Below, one piece after another: positions 62,549 to 64,000 of a DNA stretch of 64,000 nucleotides. The notes under the pieces were generated by a model. It saw only the letters and a program-made list of their open reading frames with translations. It ran no database searches and was not told the DNA's origin. Made by a program: the position numbers and the translations under genes. Position 1 is the stretch's first letter, and every line of letters begins with the position of its first letter. The DNA comes from Chiloscyllium plagiosum (taxonomy: Eukaryota): positions 22,602,976-22,666,975 of the forward strand of contig NC_057749.1 of assembly GCF_004010195.1 (NCBI RefSeq). Reading direction: 5' to 3'.

Positions 62549-63359
62549 TCCTGATGCTGCCTGGCTTGCTGTGTTCTTCCAGCCTGTCTAGTTTGGATTC
62601 CAGCATCTGCAGTTTTTTTTGTCTCTAACTAACTGAGATTCAAGCAGGCACCCTTGGTTGAAACTGCAGTGACATTCTGAGAGGTCACTGCACTAATACA
62701 GGCACTTTAGAAATGCAATCCTTTATCATTTTCGGAAATTAATTGATGCTTCGGAACAGAAAGGATGAGCTTGCGAGCAACCTTTGCCTTTATCCATCTG
62801 CTGACTGGCAGATGTCAAAGACAAATAAAAAAAAACCCACCAATGGCAGGACAAACGCCTTGTTCGCAGATGACAGATAACGAGAATGATTCATTGCTCT
62901 GATTGGCTGATGGCTGCAAAAATGAACCTGTTTGATGTCGGGTGCTGGAAACTACTGGAAAGCCCTAAAAAGTTTATCGAAGAGTTGGGGGGTTTCCCAA
63001 GTTAGCACCCTGCTCGACATTGCTACGGGTGCCTCGACCTCGTAATGACTCACAGGAGGTGCTAGTTCAGACGTTGAGAGGCTCCATTGACCGATGTTTC
63101 TCTGTTTCCTCTGTTCACCGTGACAGAGATGCACCTGCACAGTACCCAGCACAGGGATACAGGTGACATTGCGGTGGCTTTGTGGCAACCTTGCAGTCTG
63201 GCCCACACAAACATACACGCAATGTTGGCTACCACAAAGTGCATGCATCAAACAGGTGCTCAACGCTGTCTGAATGGAGGGTACAGAAATTGCATTGGTG
63301 ATGCTACAGTCTAACTCGACTCTGACTGAATCAACCCCCTGCACTTTTTGTGAGTTAGG

Positions 63360-63786
63360 GTCACAGAGTCATGGAGATGTACAGCATGGAAACAGACCCT
63401 TCAGTCCGACCCATCCATGTCAATCTGATATCCCAACCCAATCTAGTCCCACCTGTCGGCACCCAGCCCATAATCCTCCAAACCCTTCCTATTCATAAAA
63501 CCATCCAAATGGTTTTCAAATGTTGAAATTGTACCAGCCTCCACCACTTCCTCTGGCAGCTCAATCCATACACGTACCAGGAGCTGTATGAAAAAGTTGC
63601 CCCTTAGGTCTCTTTTATATCTTTCCCCTCTCACCCTAAACCTATGCCCTTTCGTTCTGGACTCCCCCACTCCAAGGAAAAGACTTTGTCTATTTACCCT
63701 ATCCATGCCCCTTATAATTTTGTAGACCTCTATAAGGTCACCCCTCAGCCTCCGACGCTCCAGGGAAAACAGCCCCAGCCTGTTCA
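63360..63786 (-). mobile_element. CR1 3' fragment
   Basis: NRLGLFSLERRRLRGDLIEVYKII..WIELPEEVVEAG. Confidence 0.9.
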
Positions 63787-64000
63787 ATAATTTGTAATTC
63801 TAATTTCTTGCCTCTAGGATGTCAACTCTTCACTGACTACCAGTGACAAGACATCAATGGTATGTTCTGAAAATTCATTCACATGATGTGGCTGTCGCTG
63901 TCTAGGCCAGCTTTTATTGCCCACCCTTAATTGCCCTGAGGGCAGTTGTGAGTCAACCACATTGCTGTGGGTGTCTGGAGTCACTTGTAGGCACTGGTGG

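Larger units (their letters stand above)
1..64000 (-). other. RORA: Intronic span of a ROR (NR1F) nuclear receptor gene: intron 1 right of 55966, intron 2 left of 55937; the DNA-binding-domain exon should lie left of the window
   Basis: Inferred from two minus-strand exons (55937-55966 and 1237-1267) in the order and phase expected for RORA isoforms 1 and 4. Paralog identity is not provable here. Confidence 0.75.

Overview
Repeat-dense vertebrate DNA. The repeat content (HE1/V-SINEs, CR1, Rex1/Babar, Deu-SINE, Penelope) points to an elasmobranch (shark). Nearly all ORF-track entries are TE or tandem-repeat artefacts. The real host gene is a ROR nuclear receptor (RORA-like) on the minus strand, visible only as two tiny exons missed by the ORF track: a 30-nt exon at 55937-55966 (GISVTKKTHT) and an alternative alpha4-type first coding exon at 1237-1267 (MMYILCSAMK), so the window is essentially intronic. 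The intron holds: (1) a ~12.5-kb 42-bp satellite containing a 500-N gap, a CR1 and a duplicated Penelope piece; (2) two decayed, apparently intronless immune-type gene relics (TRIM RING/B-box/coiled-coil/PRY-SPRY; Ig domain plus mucin stalk); (3) many short Penelope-derived fold-back insertions with hammerhead-ribozyme cores, whose inversion points cluster at the ribozyme; (4) 34-bp and 26-bp minisatellites and several small duplications and templated insertions. Family names come from recalled motifs, not database searches, and TE boundaries are approximate.
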